NCBI GenBank assembly: GCA_907165135.1
Contig: OU015569.1
Span: 11,284,001-11,348,000, forward strand
DNA: 64,000 nucleotides
Source: Oikopleura dioica
Taxonomy: Eukaryota > Animalia > Chordata
Reading direction: 5' to 3'
Part shown: in pieces, positions 1 to 12,926 of the stretch
Layout of the letters: every line of letters starts with the position of its first letter
Position numbering within the stretch: position 1 is the first letter of the stretch
Made by a program: the position numbers and the translations under genes
Notes under the pieces: generated by a model
Told to the model about the DNA's origin: nothing
The model's input: only the letters and a program-made list of their open reading frames with translations
The model's database searches: none

Positions 1-1098
1 CCATAAGCGATGAACTCTACCGTTTGGCAGGAGAAATGACTGACAGAATATACAATCAAAACAAAGAATGGGACTATCATCCTAGCAGATGGACATACGG
101 ACAAGGTTAGATTTATATCTTATTTTCAGGAACTGACGGCATACGATTTCTTCTCATTCTAGGAAATTTTATTGCTCACGATACTTAGCAGCTACTGTTA
201 ATTACTTTTAGGGCGAACAATTTTTTATCCAGCTGCTGGCGGTTCAGACGATTGGGCTCACAAAAACGGCATCAACATTTCCTACACTCTCGAATTGCGT
301 GACAAGGGCCGGTAAGTTCCATTTTTTCATGACATTTCATCAATAACAGCATTCTATCAGATTCGGATTCGTAGTACCGGACACCTACCTCGAGCGAACA
401 ATGAAAGAAACAGCAGCGGGTGTCTCTGCCGTCTACGATCACGTGACGCGTCATGACGCAGTGAACGCAGCAGCTCAAGCCAGCGCCGGAAGTTCGGGAG
501 GAGCTAAGGCCCCTGTTCCGACTTTCTCTAAGCCGTCGTTTGTCGCCCCGCCGACGAGATGCGGCGATCCGGCTGAAGTCTACGGCTTCAAGAATTCAAA
601 GTCGTCAGTTAAGTACACACCTACCTTTTCCTGCAACGATAGCGGGCGATGCGAATATACGTGTCCAGCGGGATCAAGGAAGGGAAACCTCGCCGCTGTT
701 ACCTGTAGACCAAATAAACAGTTCAAGCCGAACCCCAAAGCGCCCATGGCTAAGCCGGAGAAGTTCTGTTCATACGGTAAATTTAACTTTGGAAAAAAAT
801 CTCAGTCAGTGTAATTTTAATTCTAGCTTTGAGCGTCGACAATGATACCGATTTCGAGAAATACTGCTCAAAGTACGGGCCATATTCGAACATATCCTCC
901 GCATGGACAAACAGTAACTTGACGAAAAACTGCAAGCTGCTCCCCCGAGGAACCAAGATCGTCTGCAACTTCTCGTGCAGGGGACAGAGAAGTCTCGGAA
1001 ACGCAAAGACATTTGTAAAGATGACGAAGAATGGCGTCTCAGCTGGGCCGAAGAAGATAGTGGAACCTATTTGCTCGCTGGCGAAGTCTTGTAATTGA
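1..1098 (+). CDS. M14A carboxypeptidase B-like, 3' part (5' end outside window), multi-exon, with Cys-rich C-terminal extension
   Basis: The exon at ~222-310 reads [31 protein letters not shown] and splices (GT-AG, 311-360) to [17 protein letters not shown]. This matches the CPB motif [13 protein letters not shown]...FELRDTGRYGF, with Tyr248, Asp255 and Glu270 equivalents. ORFs 401-814 and 829-1098 join through an intron at 777-826. Confidence 0.85.
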
Positions 1099-1673
1099 GA
1101 ATTAACGAAGATACAATGTGTACTTCCGCAATGGATAATTCTGTGCGCTGTACAGATACAAAAATAAAGTCTTTCAACATATACAATTTTTCCGTTTATA
1201 TGCGCAGATCCATATGTCGCTATTTGGAATCGTTCTTTTCAAGTTTGGAAACTGTGCTTGCCTGGCTTTTTGCAAGCTATGAGTGTTGATAATATGGGAG
1301 GCCCAGGGAGGGGCTGAAGCTGCATTGAGTATCCTGCAAGTATTTTAAAATTTCATGCGATAAAAGGTCAATTTAAAAGGGGTTATAAAAATCAAGAATG
1401 CCTCAGTAGCATTCTAAATATTTGGTTTGTTTGATTTATACACCGTATTTTATTCAGAATACAGAAGTTTCAAATAAGAATAAACTTAAAACAGTAAAAC
1501 TCGCGAGTTTTACTGGAAGAACAGATCTTTCCCGATAGTAATAGTTAAGGAAATAATTGTTTTAATATTGCACTAAGATCACTTTTTTGGTTACAGAAAA
1601 GAAAGATGAGAAAACAAGGAAGATTCACGGATTCAGGTAAAAATGGATTTAGTGTTCTCTAATTTTCGACTTT

Positions 1674-2455
1674 TCATTTGGTCGAGCGTGCTTTCTTCAA
1701 ATTGGCGATGGAATTGGCGCATTCTGAGATGAGCTTCACCGCGTTGAGCGAAGCCTCGAGGGATGAAGTCTCTTCCAGCTGCTGGGTCGCCCAATTCAAC
1801 TGAAGACAGCGCTAGATTTTGAGCACAAAGGTAGCTTGCTTACTTTTTTGGTTACGACGGAGATCGAGTGAAGAATGCCACTGGTGATTTCGCGATAGGA
1901 CTCGCCGCCTTCACTTCTGTTGTCAGACTGATCCGTGGCGGCGTTGGAGTGGTTGTCGTCGGTCGTGTTTTCTTGGAATCACGTGATTTCGGAGGATTTT
2001 TGAATAACGACTACCTTCTTTTTGGATTTTCATGGCAAGTGGATGGACAAACTCGCTCATTTGCTGCTCTTGCTCTCTTCTGTGATCCTTGACGTGGCTC
2101 TTGATCGGAGTCGAATGTCGAGGAGGAATCATTTGCGACCCATGGGAACTACGGTAGTTTCGAGAGTCGTTCTTTTTACCAATTCACAAATAAGCGTTCG
2201 AAAATTTCAAAAATAATAAATTCAAATGGAATAGAATTGGCACCGTGACAGAATCGGGTTCGTGTTTGAGTCATCAGCAGCGCATCCAGCTTCGGACTCG
2301 CCGCAGGTCGACGCCGCATAAGAAGCGATGATGGTATTGATGACGTCCATCGATGGCTCGCCGCCGTCTTGAAACGCATCCGTCACTTTCGATGCCATTC
2401 GGTCGGAATGAGCAGGTCCGTATCGCGATTGGATTCCAGCCCAACTACCGTTCAT
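1674..2455 (-). CDS. hypothetical spliced protein
   Basis: ORF 2222-2455 ends at a GT donor. A GC-rich middle exon lies at ~1870-2180. The last exon reads LNWATQQLEETSSLEASLNAVKLISECANSIANLKKARSTK* with TGA at 1674-1676. Family not recognised. Confidence 0.5.
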
Positions 2456-2977
2456 TTTTCTTTAATTTTTCTTAATCTCATCAAATTCTTTTATTTATTA
2501 TTTTTTCATTACAACAATACAAAGAAATGAATTTACTCGGAACAGAAAAGAAGTTTTTTGAAAGTTTCATGAAAGTGTTTTTTTGAAAACTGAAGCAACA
2601 AATATAGGATAAAAGATGGGATAAAAACCAAGTTGAACGGGTTAAAAAATACACAAAAAGGTTAAAACGGGTTTGATAGTAAAAAATGGGGATCGTTAAA
2701 ACTGTAATTGATAGAAGAGTTAAACTGATGATTTAGGTCGATATTCATCAAAAGAATCAAAAAAATGAGCAGCTGATAAACTTAAGGATGTACACATGAA
2801 GACACGGATTTTCTGAGTTGCTTTTCCCTTAAAATTAACAAGTTGACCCCCTTATTTTTCCACTAAAGGGAAATCATGAATGCATGACCTTTTTATTGGT
2901 AAGATAAATAGAAGAGGGCCTCCATGTTAATTACTGAAGAGAAGCCCTCTCGAAAATCCGGATCTTTGTTACCAACC

Positions 2978-5900
2978 TCAATGAAATAGACCCTTTGGCC
3001 AGAAAGAAATCATCGTAATTGAAGACTGACTTCCTCTTGGCGAGAAGGTCGAATTTAAAAAAATAAGGATATTAAGCGGACTTCAAGGTAAATAAAGACG
3101 TACATGAAAGAAAGAAATCGGGAGAATGAAGATTTAAGCAATAACATGGAGTTTGAATGTTTGAAGAATCGTTGTTGTTTTTTAAATGAAATGGGTTTGA
3201 AAGAACATTTTGGGAAATTGGGAGTTTCAGTTTTGCCAGCAGAGGAAATAGCTTTTTGAAAGCATGTCTGAAGATGTCGACAGGTTACTTTGATTAGCAG
3301 TTCGGAAATCAATGTAGCCAATTCCACCGGCAGCGATGCGTTCTGAAAATTAGTGTTTTAAAACTATGCGAGCTCTGGAGACATTCTACGAGTCGGGAGA
3401 CATTCTACGGGGTCTTTCTGGGGTTGATTGAATCCTCAATTGGATGTCACAAAGAAGAGCTTCTTAATAGACCCTAACCCTAACCCCAAATAGACCTCTC
3501 CAAAACATACCAGAATCTGAGCAACCAAGATTGATGAAGAACTTGACGGCTTCACGAAATCCGTGGACGCTGAGAAGAGCGGCACTCATCGAACATTCGG
3601 GAAGTTTGAACTCTTTCTTGTTTTCCTAAGAAGATTTTTCTCAAGATAGCGTGTCTTTAGCATTCGACTGTTACCGAGTTTTTGAAGTTTTGCTTGTAAG
3701 GAATGGCTAGAACGATGCCATGGCCAGTGCCGATCCACAGTCGATCTTTGCCTGCGTGGAGTGCAGTTATTCTGACGAAGGAGAACGAAGGACGATCGCA
3801 TAATGAGTCGCCAAATATTTTTGAAACGAAGGGCTCGCAATCCAAGTCCTAGATTGTCAAATTCAAAGTTGAACAAAGAATCAAACCTACCTGTAAGTGT
3901 TGCCCCGTCTTTGCATCGTACAATCTGAGAGTCGAGTCCAAACGAATGGAGACCCAAACGCCACCACCGTGTTTGGAAATGAGTCGAACGCGCGATTCGT
4001 TTCGAGGATGCGCTTGAATCGTTTTCATCTCGCTTTTATCGTCTTTCAAAACTGGAACGATTTTGACTTCATTTCTGTAGCCGCACCAAAGCTTCTTGGT
4101 CTCAGGGATGTAGGCAGCACAGCCGATTGCATAGTGAGGGGCGCCAAAGTCAATGATGTTCACGTCGCTGAAATTCCAAACGCCGTTGATCTGTCGGATC
4201 ACAGCCAGGCTCCCATTTGCCAGAGCAGCAATCAGCGAGTTTTCGCAAGAGTTGAGACTCACGACTGAATCGGCAAGACGCAACTGACCCAGGGCTTTGG
4301 TGTCTTCTGGAGTTACTAAATTTCGACGTTATTAACAGTTTGTTTGTAAAAATCTTTCCCTCATTTCAAGGGCACTTGATCAGAGCTGCAAAAAAAAAAG
4401 GTTTTTACCTGCGACTTTATGAACATAAAGAATCCCATGTTGACTGCCGAACCAGAGTGTTCCTTGAGTAGCATCAATGCTATCTGGCCGCGTAGTGATC
4501 GGCTGCTTGAGCGTGGGATCTGGATTCTTGGGCTCGGGGCATCCCGGAATGTAGATTTGACAGAGCACGACGACATCGCGCAGTGTAAACGAGTTGATTT
4601 GCTTTTGAGGTTCGGAGGATTTGAAGATTGTGATTCGCGAAGCCTAAAAAAGAAAAATGTCAAAAAATGTGTAAAAGGAGATAGTAAATTACCTTCGCTC
4701 GCGAGGCAGAGACGATGCAAATGAGTGGCTCAGGAGCGTCGATACAAGTAGCGCACCAAATCTGTAACAGTGTTAAAATAAAATTAAGCTAGTTCAATCG
4801 TTGGAGCTTCGAAACTTGGCTCTTGAACAGAGAATGATTAAAAAATTAACGTTTCCTTTGAATTGGCGGAGTCACTATCAGCAAGAGGAGCACAATGGTT
4901 GGGAATTGGGATGTTTGACGTGTAGGCTCTGTCGACTTCGCTCTCCGGCAAGATCCAGCCTGACATTTGGGACATGTGCTTTTCGGTATTCTGAGGGCTA
5001 CAATAAGACAAGGAAGTAAAGAACATTTTTACCTGAACAAATCCAGCTACTTTGCAAAGCTCGCTGAGCTCGGCCGAGTTGGACGGGGAAATAGAAGAGC
5101 TCGGCGATTTCAAATCGAAAGTATCCGAGTTTGAATGCGAAACGTGCTTCCCATGAGTTCCAGAAGAAGAGCTGTCCGTTGAAGCACCGAAGAGGCTGGA
5201 GAAAAACTTGTAGATCCCGCCACTTTTGCCGCTTTTGCCACTCGAGTTCTGCGCGTTGGTACTTTCGCTCTTCTTCTCCTCCAGTTGCTCGTATTTGCTG
5301 GCCCTGAGCATTTCCGTCCACCTGACCGCTTCTTGCAGCTCCATCAGCCGTTCTTTGTACTGATTTCGTTCCATCAGTACTCGCGCCATTTCAACTCGCG
5401 TGAATCGTTTTCGCTTCTCGGTCGGTTCATCATCTTGTCCTTCGTTTTGATCCTCGTTTTGCTCCAATGTCGCATGCGACATTCGCATCTTTGCTAGATC
5501 AGCTTCTACCACGCTAATTCGTTTGTAGACAATGTCTGAAAACAGTACTTATGCATATAGAATCATCATCAAATTCGAACCTTTTTCTTTCTTTGCCTTT
5601 TCGAATTCGACTTTGACCGTTGCATATCGATTCGTCATTTCTTCCAGTTCTCTGAGCAGATCATCCTTGACGACGTTGAGTGCATTCTTTGTCTCCATCA
5701 GCCTCGAGTTTTCTTGCTCCAGATCGGCAATTGACCGTGAGCTCGAAATACTACACGACGATTTATGTTAACTTTACTGCCTTTTGTAGAATTTGATGGG
5801 TTTTTGGGCGGTTCATAGGTGGATTTTAGGTGGGTTTATTTCGGGGGGTTTTGGGTGGGTTCGGGAGGATAAGGGTTCTAAAAAGGAGTTAAATTTACCT

Positions 5901-7314
5901 GTTGCTGTCAAAAGTAGCTTGAGTGGAGAGATCACAACCTGTCGTATCTTTGCTCACACTGGCTGCATCTGTCTTTGCGATCAACTCCTCAACGTCTTCG
6001 GGAATCATGTCGCTACTCGTATCTGTGAAAGGCGAGTGATTCTTAGACTGCGTACTCGACTGTGACTCCTTCAATTCCTCGTCCAGAGACTTGTTGTGTT
6101 CCAGCTTTCGAGAGCTCAAGTCGGAGCCAGAAGACGATTCATACTGGTCAGATCGGTTGATGATGTTAATGTTGTATGTTTCTGTGGTGACATTTTCGGG
6201 CGTCGACGATTTCGAACTGATTCTCGGCGGCGCCCGCTGCTCATGAAGCGGGGTCGAGCTCTGACTCGTCCGCAACGATTTGTTTTCCTCGCTTAGTTTT
6301 GGGCTTAGAAACCTGTATATAGGGTCACAGGAGGGGACAGTATTCCTGACCACTTTCTGATAAGCTCTTATAATGAATAAAATATACAAAACAATACTGA
6401 TAAATTTTGACTGTTTATGATTGTTTATTCGATAGGAGTCACATTTTGGTGGCCATTCTATGCCTGTTCCACCACATGCTCTAAGAGCAAGAGCATTGCT
6501 CTTGCTTCATTTTATAACAGTTGATGGTCTTCTTCATAAAAATCAATCTATTTTTTGTTATTATTTTTCTTGCAGAACAACCCTGTTATATCTGTATACA
6601 CGTGCAAAAGAGGGCGCCCCATTCGAGAAACTCTCCACGGGGGACTAGAACGAACTTGATTCTTATCGCCCTGGTCTCTCTTCTACCAAGTTATGGTCGA
6701 CCCACTTTTTTAGCTTTATATGACCTACACGAAAAATACTCAAACAAAAAAAATGAATACTTTTCTAAGCCCAAGCTTAATCCAATGTACTTTTGCAGGA
6801 TTTCTGCGTGTCGCTTCGACAATTCAGCGTATTTTTGCTTCAAATGCTCTTCCGTCTCCGCTGTTTTCCTCGAAATATCATCATAGTTCTGCGCCTTCGT
6901 GTCCAAATAACGCAGTCGTCCTTCTAAATCCTCCAGTTGCTCCTGCAGCGCCGATTTGTCCAAATCCGCTTCATCCTCAGCGATAAATTGCGACTCTTCA
7001 GCTTTTTTTCGCAGCTCCCGTTCGCGCTCATAGTGATTCAGCAGCTGTTCACGGTCGGCCTTGGCCAATTCCAATTCAGCCGCGCATTGTCGTCGCTGCT
7101 TGATCTCCTCGTCGAGCGTTTCCAACAGACGCACTAGGAATGGCGTCACCGTTTGCGCCGGTTCCGGGCCAAACTGGCGCACCATCCCTTCCAGCTCAAT
7201 GTACAGGCTTTGCGCGATCGCCTGCACTTTTTCCGACATCTGGCCGAGTCCAGTGTCCATACTTTCGCTACTGCTGCCATCGCCTTCTCCTTCTCCGTAC
7301 GCCACAAACTCCAT
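2978..7314 (-). CDS. SPAG9: JNK-interacting protein 3/4 (Sunday driver/SPAG9/MAPK8IP3 family), multi-exon; 3' end approximate
   Basis: RH1 region [24 protein letters not shown] (6691-7314). RH2 motif [38 protein letters not shown] (4838-5512). WD40-like exons [18 protein letters not shown] and [24 protein letters not shown] near 3300. Confidence 0.9.
6606..6669 (-). repeat. short dispersed repeat (family D), copy 1, in JIP intron
   Basis: The reverse complement GCGATAAGAATCAAGTTCGTTCT...GCGCCCTCTTTT aligns with 39439-39503. Confidence 0.65.
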
Positions 7315-7462
7315 TGTCTCTTTCTTAAAACAAGCATTCGAAATACCACTTTTTTATTCTTTTAAATTAATCGATTGCACGTCTGAATTAAATGAACTTG
7401 GCTGAGCACTATTCACAGAAAAAGGATGAAGAAAATGTGTAAGTTACAACAGCAGTATATTT

Positions 7463-9298
7463 TTAAACTCTACAACCCGTTATTCGAACCGTCCGACCAG
7501 AGTAATGATCTGACAGGGCTTTTTCCATGAAACTTTTCAACGCATTAATTCGGAACAAGACGCACTTTTTCTCTTCTTGGAGTCGTTTTCCCTCTTCTAT
7601 CAGCTCTTCGCGTTCCTTTAGCGCCGTTTTCGCTTCGTTTTCGCGCTTGCTAGCGGAAATCTTAAAAAGGGATGAGAAGGGAACGTCAAGGAGAGAACTG
7701 GTACCTTGTGAACTTCCAAGTCGTGGACGATTTTGTCGGCTGTTTCTGGAAATTCACTCAATTTGAAGAAATTTTGCAACTGAGGAGAAGCAAGCTCCGC
7801 CTCAATCTGCGCAATCAGTTTCGCCCAATTGTTCATCTTCGCTAGTTCCTCGCCGCTGGCAAGTTCTAAAAGAATGAAATCAAAATCATCAGTTTTGAAG
7901 AAATCCAACGTTGTCTGCCATAGCAAAATGCTTCTAGCTCCGCGATGTCGTCCATTAAACTCTGGCGTATTTCCGCGTCTTCGATCAAGTAAAGAGCCAG
8001 TTTTCCTTTGGCCACTTTGATAGCGATATTCATATGAAAGAATGACCAAAAAGTCGCTTGGAGAAATCAATACAATAAATAAAGGCTCATTTGTAAAATC
8101 GCGTTCCTGTAGTTTGATTGACGAGAACTCCATTACTTTCCTCTTCAATCTCAATGTCCTCTTCTTCTATAAAAAATAATCTTGAGAAGAACAATAAAAT
8201 GACGACTGTACCTAATTCGAACTCCTCAATCATCTCAATTTCAAACTCAACGTCCTCGACTTCGACTTCTTCCACCAGATCGAAGTCCGTTTGATAGACC
8301 TCGCTGTTCACGTCTCTGATGATTTTTGACGGCGCTCGTCCTTCCTGATATTCGAAGACCGTGGCGGCCGGTTTCTCACCGATCAACTTCAATGCATCGA
8401 GAGATGGCGTCGTTATTTCTAGCTGGCAACTTTTCGCAGCAAAGTCGAGGTAGTATTCGCGAACTTCTGCCAAGGAAGCGATCTTTTCGCTGATTGACAG
8501 GAGCTTTTCCGGCATCGAATGGAGCTCTAGAATTTTTTAGGGACATTTACTTAGATTATCAAAAATTGCGAGGTCCTTCTGAGGCTACTCATGCAGGTTC
8601 ATTTTATAGAAATCCAATAGGAGGATTCGTTTATTTTAATTTGAGAATTCAAGACTGACCTGAAGTTATGGTTTTCGGATTTACCTTTAAGGATTTGCGG
8701 CTTGATCGGATGCGCAGAGTCGACAGATAGCTTGCTACATGCTTCTTTGTAACGAGTAAGACAAGAAGCTGCCGATTTCAATAGAGCGTCGTTTCGTTTC
8801 AGACACTCGTCTTGCTTCTGTGAGATCTTCTGGGAGTTCCGTTCGATGGAGACGAGCTCCTTCTGCAAGAGACGCGTCAGGCTGGTCGCACACTCGGCCC
8901 AATGTGCGTTTTCTTTCTTCCAAAAACTTTCAATTATCAACGAACGAAAGGTTGAAGAAAGAAACCTGGTAGGAAGAGACGACGGAGCTCCATTTCTTGA
9001 CGCGATTGCTGGCTCCGATTCCGGTCCATCCGGCGCTGCCGTCTTTTTCTTCCATTCGTCGAAGCAGCTCGCTGCAGAAGACAAAGTCTAGCTCGTCCCT
9101 GCTCCTTTTATAGCCAAAGCTACTCATCAGTTCTTTGTAGATCGGGTCATCGGCGAACTCGTTTTCGAGTTCTTTCGCTGCTTCCCGAGCTGGCAAGACG
9201 CGCTTCTCCCATTTTGCGCTGCAATGTCGCCTGTCTAGCAGCCAGTCGAAGATCTTTCCTGCTGCGATATCGATGGATTTATCCATGTCACTAACCAT
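7463..9298 (-). CDS. CDK5RAP3: CDK5 regulatory subunit-associated protein 3 (C53), multi-exon
   Basis: N-terminus SIDIAAGKIFDWLLDRRHCSAKW. Internal RSILLWQTTLDF and RNTPEF motifs. C-terminus MEKALSDHYSGRTVRITGCRV* with TAA at 7463-7465. Confidence 0.9.
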
Positions 9299-9462
9299 TC
9301 TTTAAAAAATACATTTATCAGCGACGAATTCAACATAAAATAGTCAATAAATACCAATGATGCGAGAATATAAACAATTTTTAATAAGATTTACCGCGGT
9401 TCTCATTTCTGACTGACTAAATTTCTGCCTTTGTCACTAAAAATTGAGAAACGCGCGGCTGT

Positions 9463-9564
9463 CTGGGCTCGGCACCCTGTGTAGAAAAGCTGGGTCAGGG
9501 TCCTTGAGAAGGTCGAATAACCCTAACCCTGACTCAGGTATTAAACACTGGTTGGCGAGCCCAG
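9463..9564. mobile_element. palindromic MITE-like element, family A
   Basis: CTGGGCTCGGCACCCTGTGTAG...CCCTGACTCAGG...GGCGAGCCCAG; imperfect ~38-bp inverted arms shared with the other family A copies. Confidence 0.7.
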
Positions 9565-11107
9565 ATATCCCGCAAGCGGCTTTTCAAGTTTTAGTAGAAA
9601 ATCTTCGGAAAGCCCTTCAGAAATGAGAGTACCAGTATATTTGTATGTAATCTATGCTCTACTATCGTCTGCTCTCAAAAACTCCTGCTGAAACTCAATC
9701 TTCTCTGCAAGAAAAAGGAAGAAACAATGGTGCATTTAATTACTTTATTATGGTAATCGGTTACAAACGACATATGCCAGTCTGGTAACCAGCCACTTTG
9801 AATATATCCTGAACCAACAAGAAAAGGCGAAGAGTGTTGTTTTCTTTTTTTTAACTTGGGAGCTAAAATCGAAAAGCCTATCACGGATAACGCTCTTGAA
9901 TTTTTATATTTTTCTTTCTGTTACGGAAACGGAATTATCTATCAGCGCAAAATGGAGCAAGGTAAAAACAGGTATGAATCGGAAATGAAAAGAAAAAAAT
10001 TAACGAAACAGCTGTAGAAAGGGAGAGAAATCAAGGAAGAGAATCGGCAAGGTGCAGTAAGAAAAAGCACCCCGCTTTCTCGAGTTTTTTTTTTGCTCTC
10101 CTAAACAAGTAAAATGAAAAACTACTCACTCAATATCCAGCCTACAGGTAGTAAAAGTGAGAGAGAGGGAGAAAGAGAGAGAGAGAGAGGATAGGAAAAT
10201 TAATACTTTGAAATTGAGTCTACAGCAGATTGGTGAAGAAAGTTGAAACAGTTGAACTTAAAATTAAAAACAAAAAAGCACTCGAAGAGAGGCTAGATGT
10301 TGTTGTTGCAAAGCGAGCTACAGTAGGGGCGGCTACTGACTGTAGGACGGGGAAACTTAAAACTGGGAACTTAAATTTGGCCAGATTTAGCGAAATGAAA
10401 ATGCTGGCTCAACTGAAAATTGGAAATAAAAATCGGTTTCTTTTAAAATTGGAATTTACTTTTCGGGAATATTAAACTTAAAAATGGGATGGAAAGCTTG
10501 TTTGTCAAACTGAAAGATTAACAAGGAGAGGTTGAAAATAATACTAAAACGAAAATATACAAGAGAACGTAAAGAAAACGGAGGAATCTAAAGAAAAAAA
10601 AATAATTTTGGAATTTAAGAATTTTGAAATTTTCGATTTTGGATGCAATTTTTTTTTGAATTCAGCGAGGTCCGACTCGGTAATAAGATCTAATAAGTTT
10701 AGATTTAGGTAAACCGTGTTTGTTAATTAAATAAAGGCTTGGCTCTTGAAATTATAACTGTGCTCGTGTTTCGGAAAGAAGAACTGGCACTTGTTTTTGC
10801 TTCGTCAGATGCGTCAATTTTCAAAAAGTAGTAACTGCCCGGTTTAGATTTTAGAGGCGCAAAGTAAAAAAAATAACGAAAATGGAAATAAAAAGAGATA
10901 CTAACTAGTTAGTAGATTTAAAAAATCGCATCAAGGCTTGAAGAAAAGTTGAATGAGAAGCTACGTGAATTGGCCCTGTTTCTCGAGAGGAGGTCTTTTT
11001 TATATCGGATAAGCAACATTTTTAAAAACTCAGTAAATTGATGTACAGCGAAATTGAAATCGAATCAATGTACACTCGACTTTGTATATTTGCTTCTGTC
11101 TTCCTAA

Positions 11108-11210
11108 CTGGGCTCGGCAACCTGTGTAGAAAGCCTGAGTCAGGGATTCAGTATTTCTAAGCTTCTTCAAGACCCTGAGTCAGGGTTTCTACACAGGTCG
11201 CCGAGTCTAG
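11108..11210. mobile_element. palindromic MITE-like element, family A
   Basis: CTGGGCTCGGCAACCTGTGTAGAAAGCCTGAGTCAGGG...GGGTTTCTACACAGGTCGCCGAGTCTAG. Confidence 0.75.
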
Positions 11211-11870
11211 CTTCCTAAATAAATTCCTAGTCAGGTAGTGCTTGGTTTGCTTTTTTGTTATTTGGTTTAAATCCTAACTAAGGCACTTTTCGATTTTCGA
11301 ATTTGAAAATTCTAGTTCTGGACATTCTATATCTATTAAGTAGTGATAGATTCAAAGCCATCGCCATTCGATTATTTGAAGAGGTAATATTTATTGTAGA
11401 TAATAAGTCGGTATTTATCGCCACTTGTCAAATAATAGACGGGATAAATCTATGCAAAGTAAAGCAGCAATAGTAGTTACTGTGACACACACTCGGGCTG
11501 CACAGTAGGTGCCCCTGTAAAGTAAGACCGAATCAATAATGTAAAATTGAACGAATCAGAAATTGTTTTGCTACAGAGGGAACTCGTAGTTAAGGCACCT
11601 GTCACAAGGTGGTCGGAACACTTGTCGAGCAATCAACGGGCCGCAGCTTTACATTGAGCTTTTTTAAAAACTAGACATGCACCAAATTCTTTTTTGAAGT
11701 TCAATTTTGGAAAAAAAGGGTTGGAGTCGTTTTTTTTTGTTAGGAATGAAATATAAAATTGCGGCTAACTCTCAATGTCTTTTTGTGTTAAAATTGCCGG
11801 CATTTCAGTTTCTTTCTAGCGCTTTTACTTTAGTACTTGCTCTAGTGTATCTTAGGAGTGACTTAGTGCA

Positions 11871-11989
11871 AGGGCTCGGCAACCGGTGATGAAAACTTGA
11901 GTCAGGATTTGAAAGAGCTGAAGACTGATGAAGCCGCGTAAGCTCTTTCAAATCCTGACTCAGGTTTTCCACACAGGCTGCCAAGACCT
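11871..11989. mobile_element. palindromic MITE-like element, family A
   Basis: GGGCTCGGCAACC...TGAGTCAGGATTTGAAAGAGCT...AGCTCTTTCAAATCCTGACTCAGG...CAGGCTGCCAAG. Confidence 0.75.
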
Positions 11990-12926
11990 GCTTAGTGTAA
12001 CTTCAGAAATGGTAAGACTAGTGCAAAAAGACTTGATTTTAGTGCGCTAATTTACCGCCTCTGAATATGCGAATTAGTCTTCCATGATGTCACTTAGACC
12101 AAAAAAAAGAGAAAAGCGAAAAGATGAATGCGCGGGAGTGGCGTGGATTGCCCGACAAGAGGTGAGGCCGTTCCGACCGGTCCGGACACATGTTACTTTG
12201 TTTTTTCGTTGTGTAAAGTTCGTTTTTTTGAATAGGCAATAAATAGATAATAATAATAATAAAATAGAATGTTGGTTCCTGGGAGCCCTAAACTGTGAAG
12301 AAACTGTTTTTTTGATTTATCAGAGGATTTTTCTGATAGACTGTACGGGGCCCTAGTACTCTAGAAAGTTGAATTGACAAGAGCCCGACCCGTGGCTACA
12401 TCGTAGTTTCGAAGCCGGGCATCTTGAGATGGGTTGAGTCGCGAATACTATCCTAGCAGGTTTTAGGTTTTAAAACAGATTGTTGCAGGCGATCCAGAAG
12501 AGTTTGTTTGAGCACGAATGAAATTATGTTTAACTTAAAAAGTGATCTAACCCTAGCTTTTTGAGAGAAAGGAGTTAACACGAAGACACGGAAATGTTTT
12601 CAAGCCGGGAACAAATGCGGAGCTTGAGAACAAAACTTGTTGCTTTCTTAATTTTTTTGAGGAAGATTTTTTCGAATTTGACCTTTTGATAGAGTGTTGA
12701 CGAAGTAGTTGCTGAAGTTTGAAATTGAAAATTGAATTGGACTTTTTAACTCGTAATTTTGAAAATTAAAACTTTGGAAAATGAAAAATAAAACTTAAAA
12801 TAACTTCACTGGAATAATTTTAGATAGATTTTTTGAGAGTTGTTTCTGTTGGATTTGTTTAAATTTAACGCGAGTAGTAAGATAAAAAAGAAAGCTGGAA
12901 ATTTGGGCACTGTTTTTTTGTAATTT

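Noticed and set aside
3897-4268. Antisense and alternate-frame ORFs overlapping real genes (also 22123-22470, 23634-24050, 31730-31966, 49203-49598 and others)
   Set aside because: These are shadow ORFs of GC-rich exons, with no motifs or splice support.
10160-10192. GA microsatellites (also ~19238-19258 and ~41066-41077)
   Set aside because: Short, ordinary simple repeats with nothing further to support a function.
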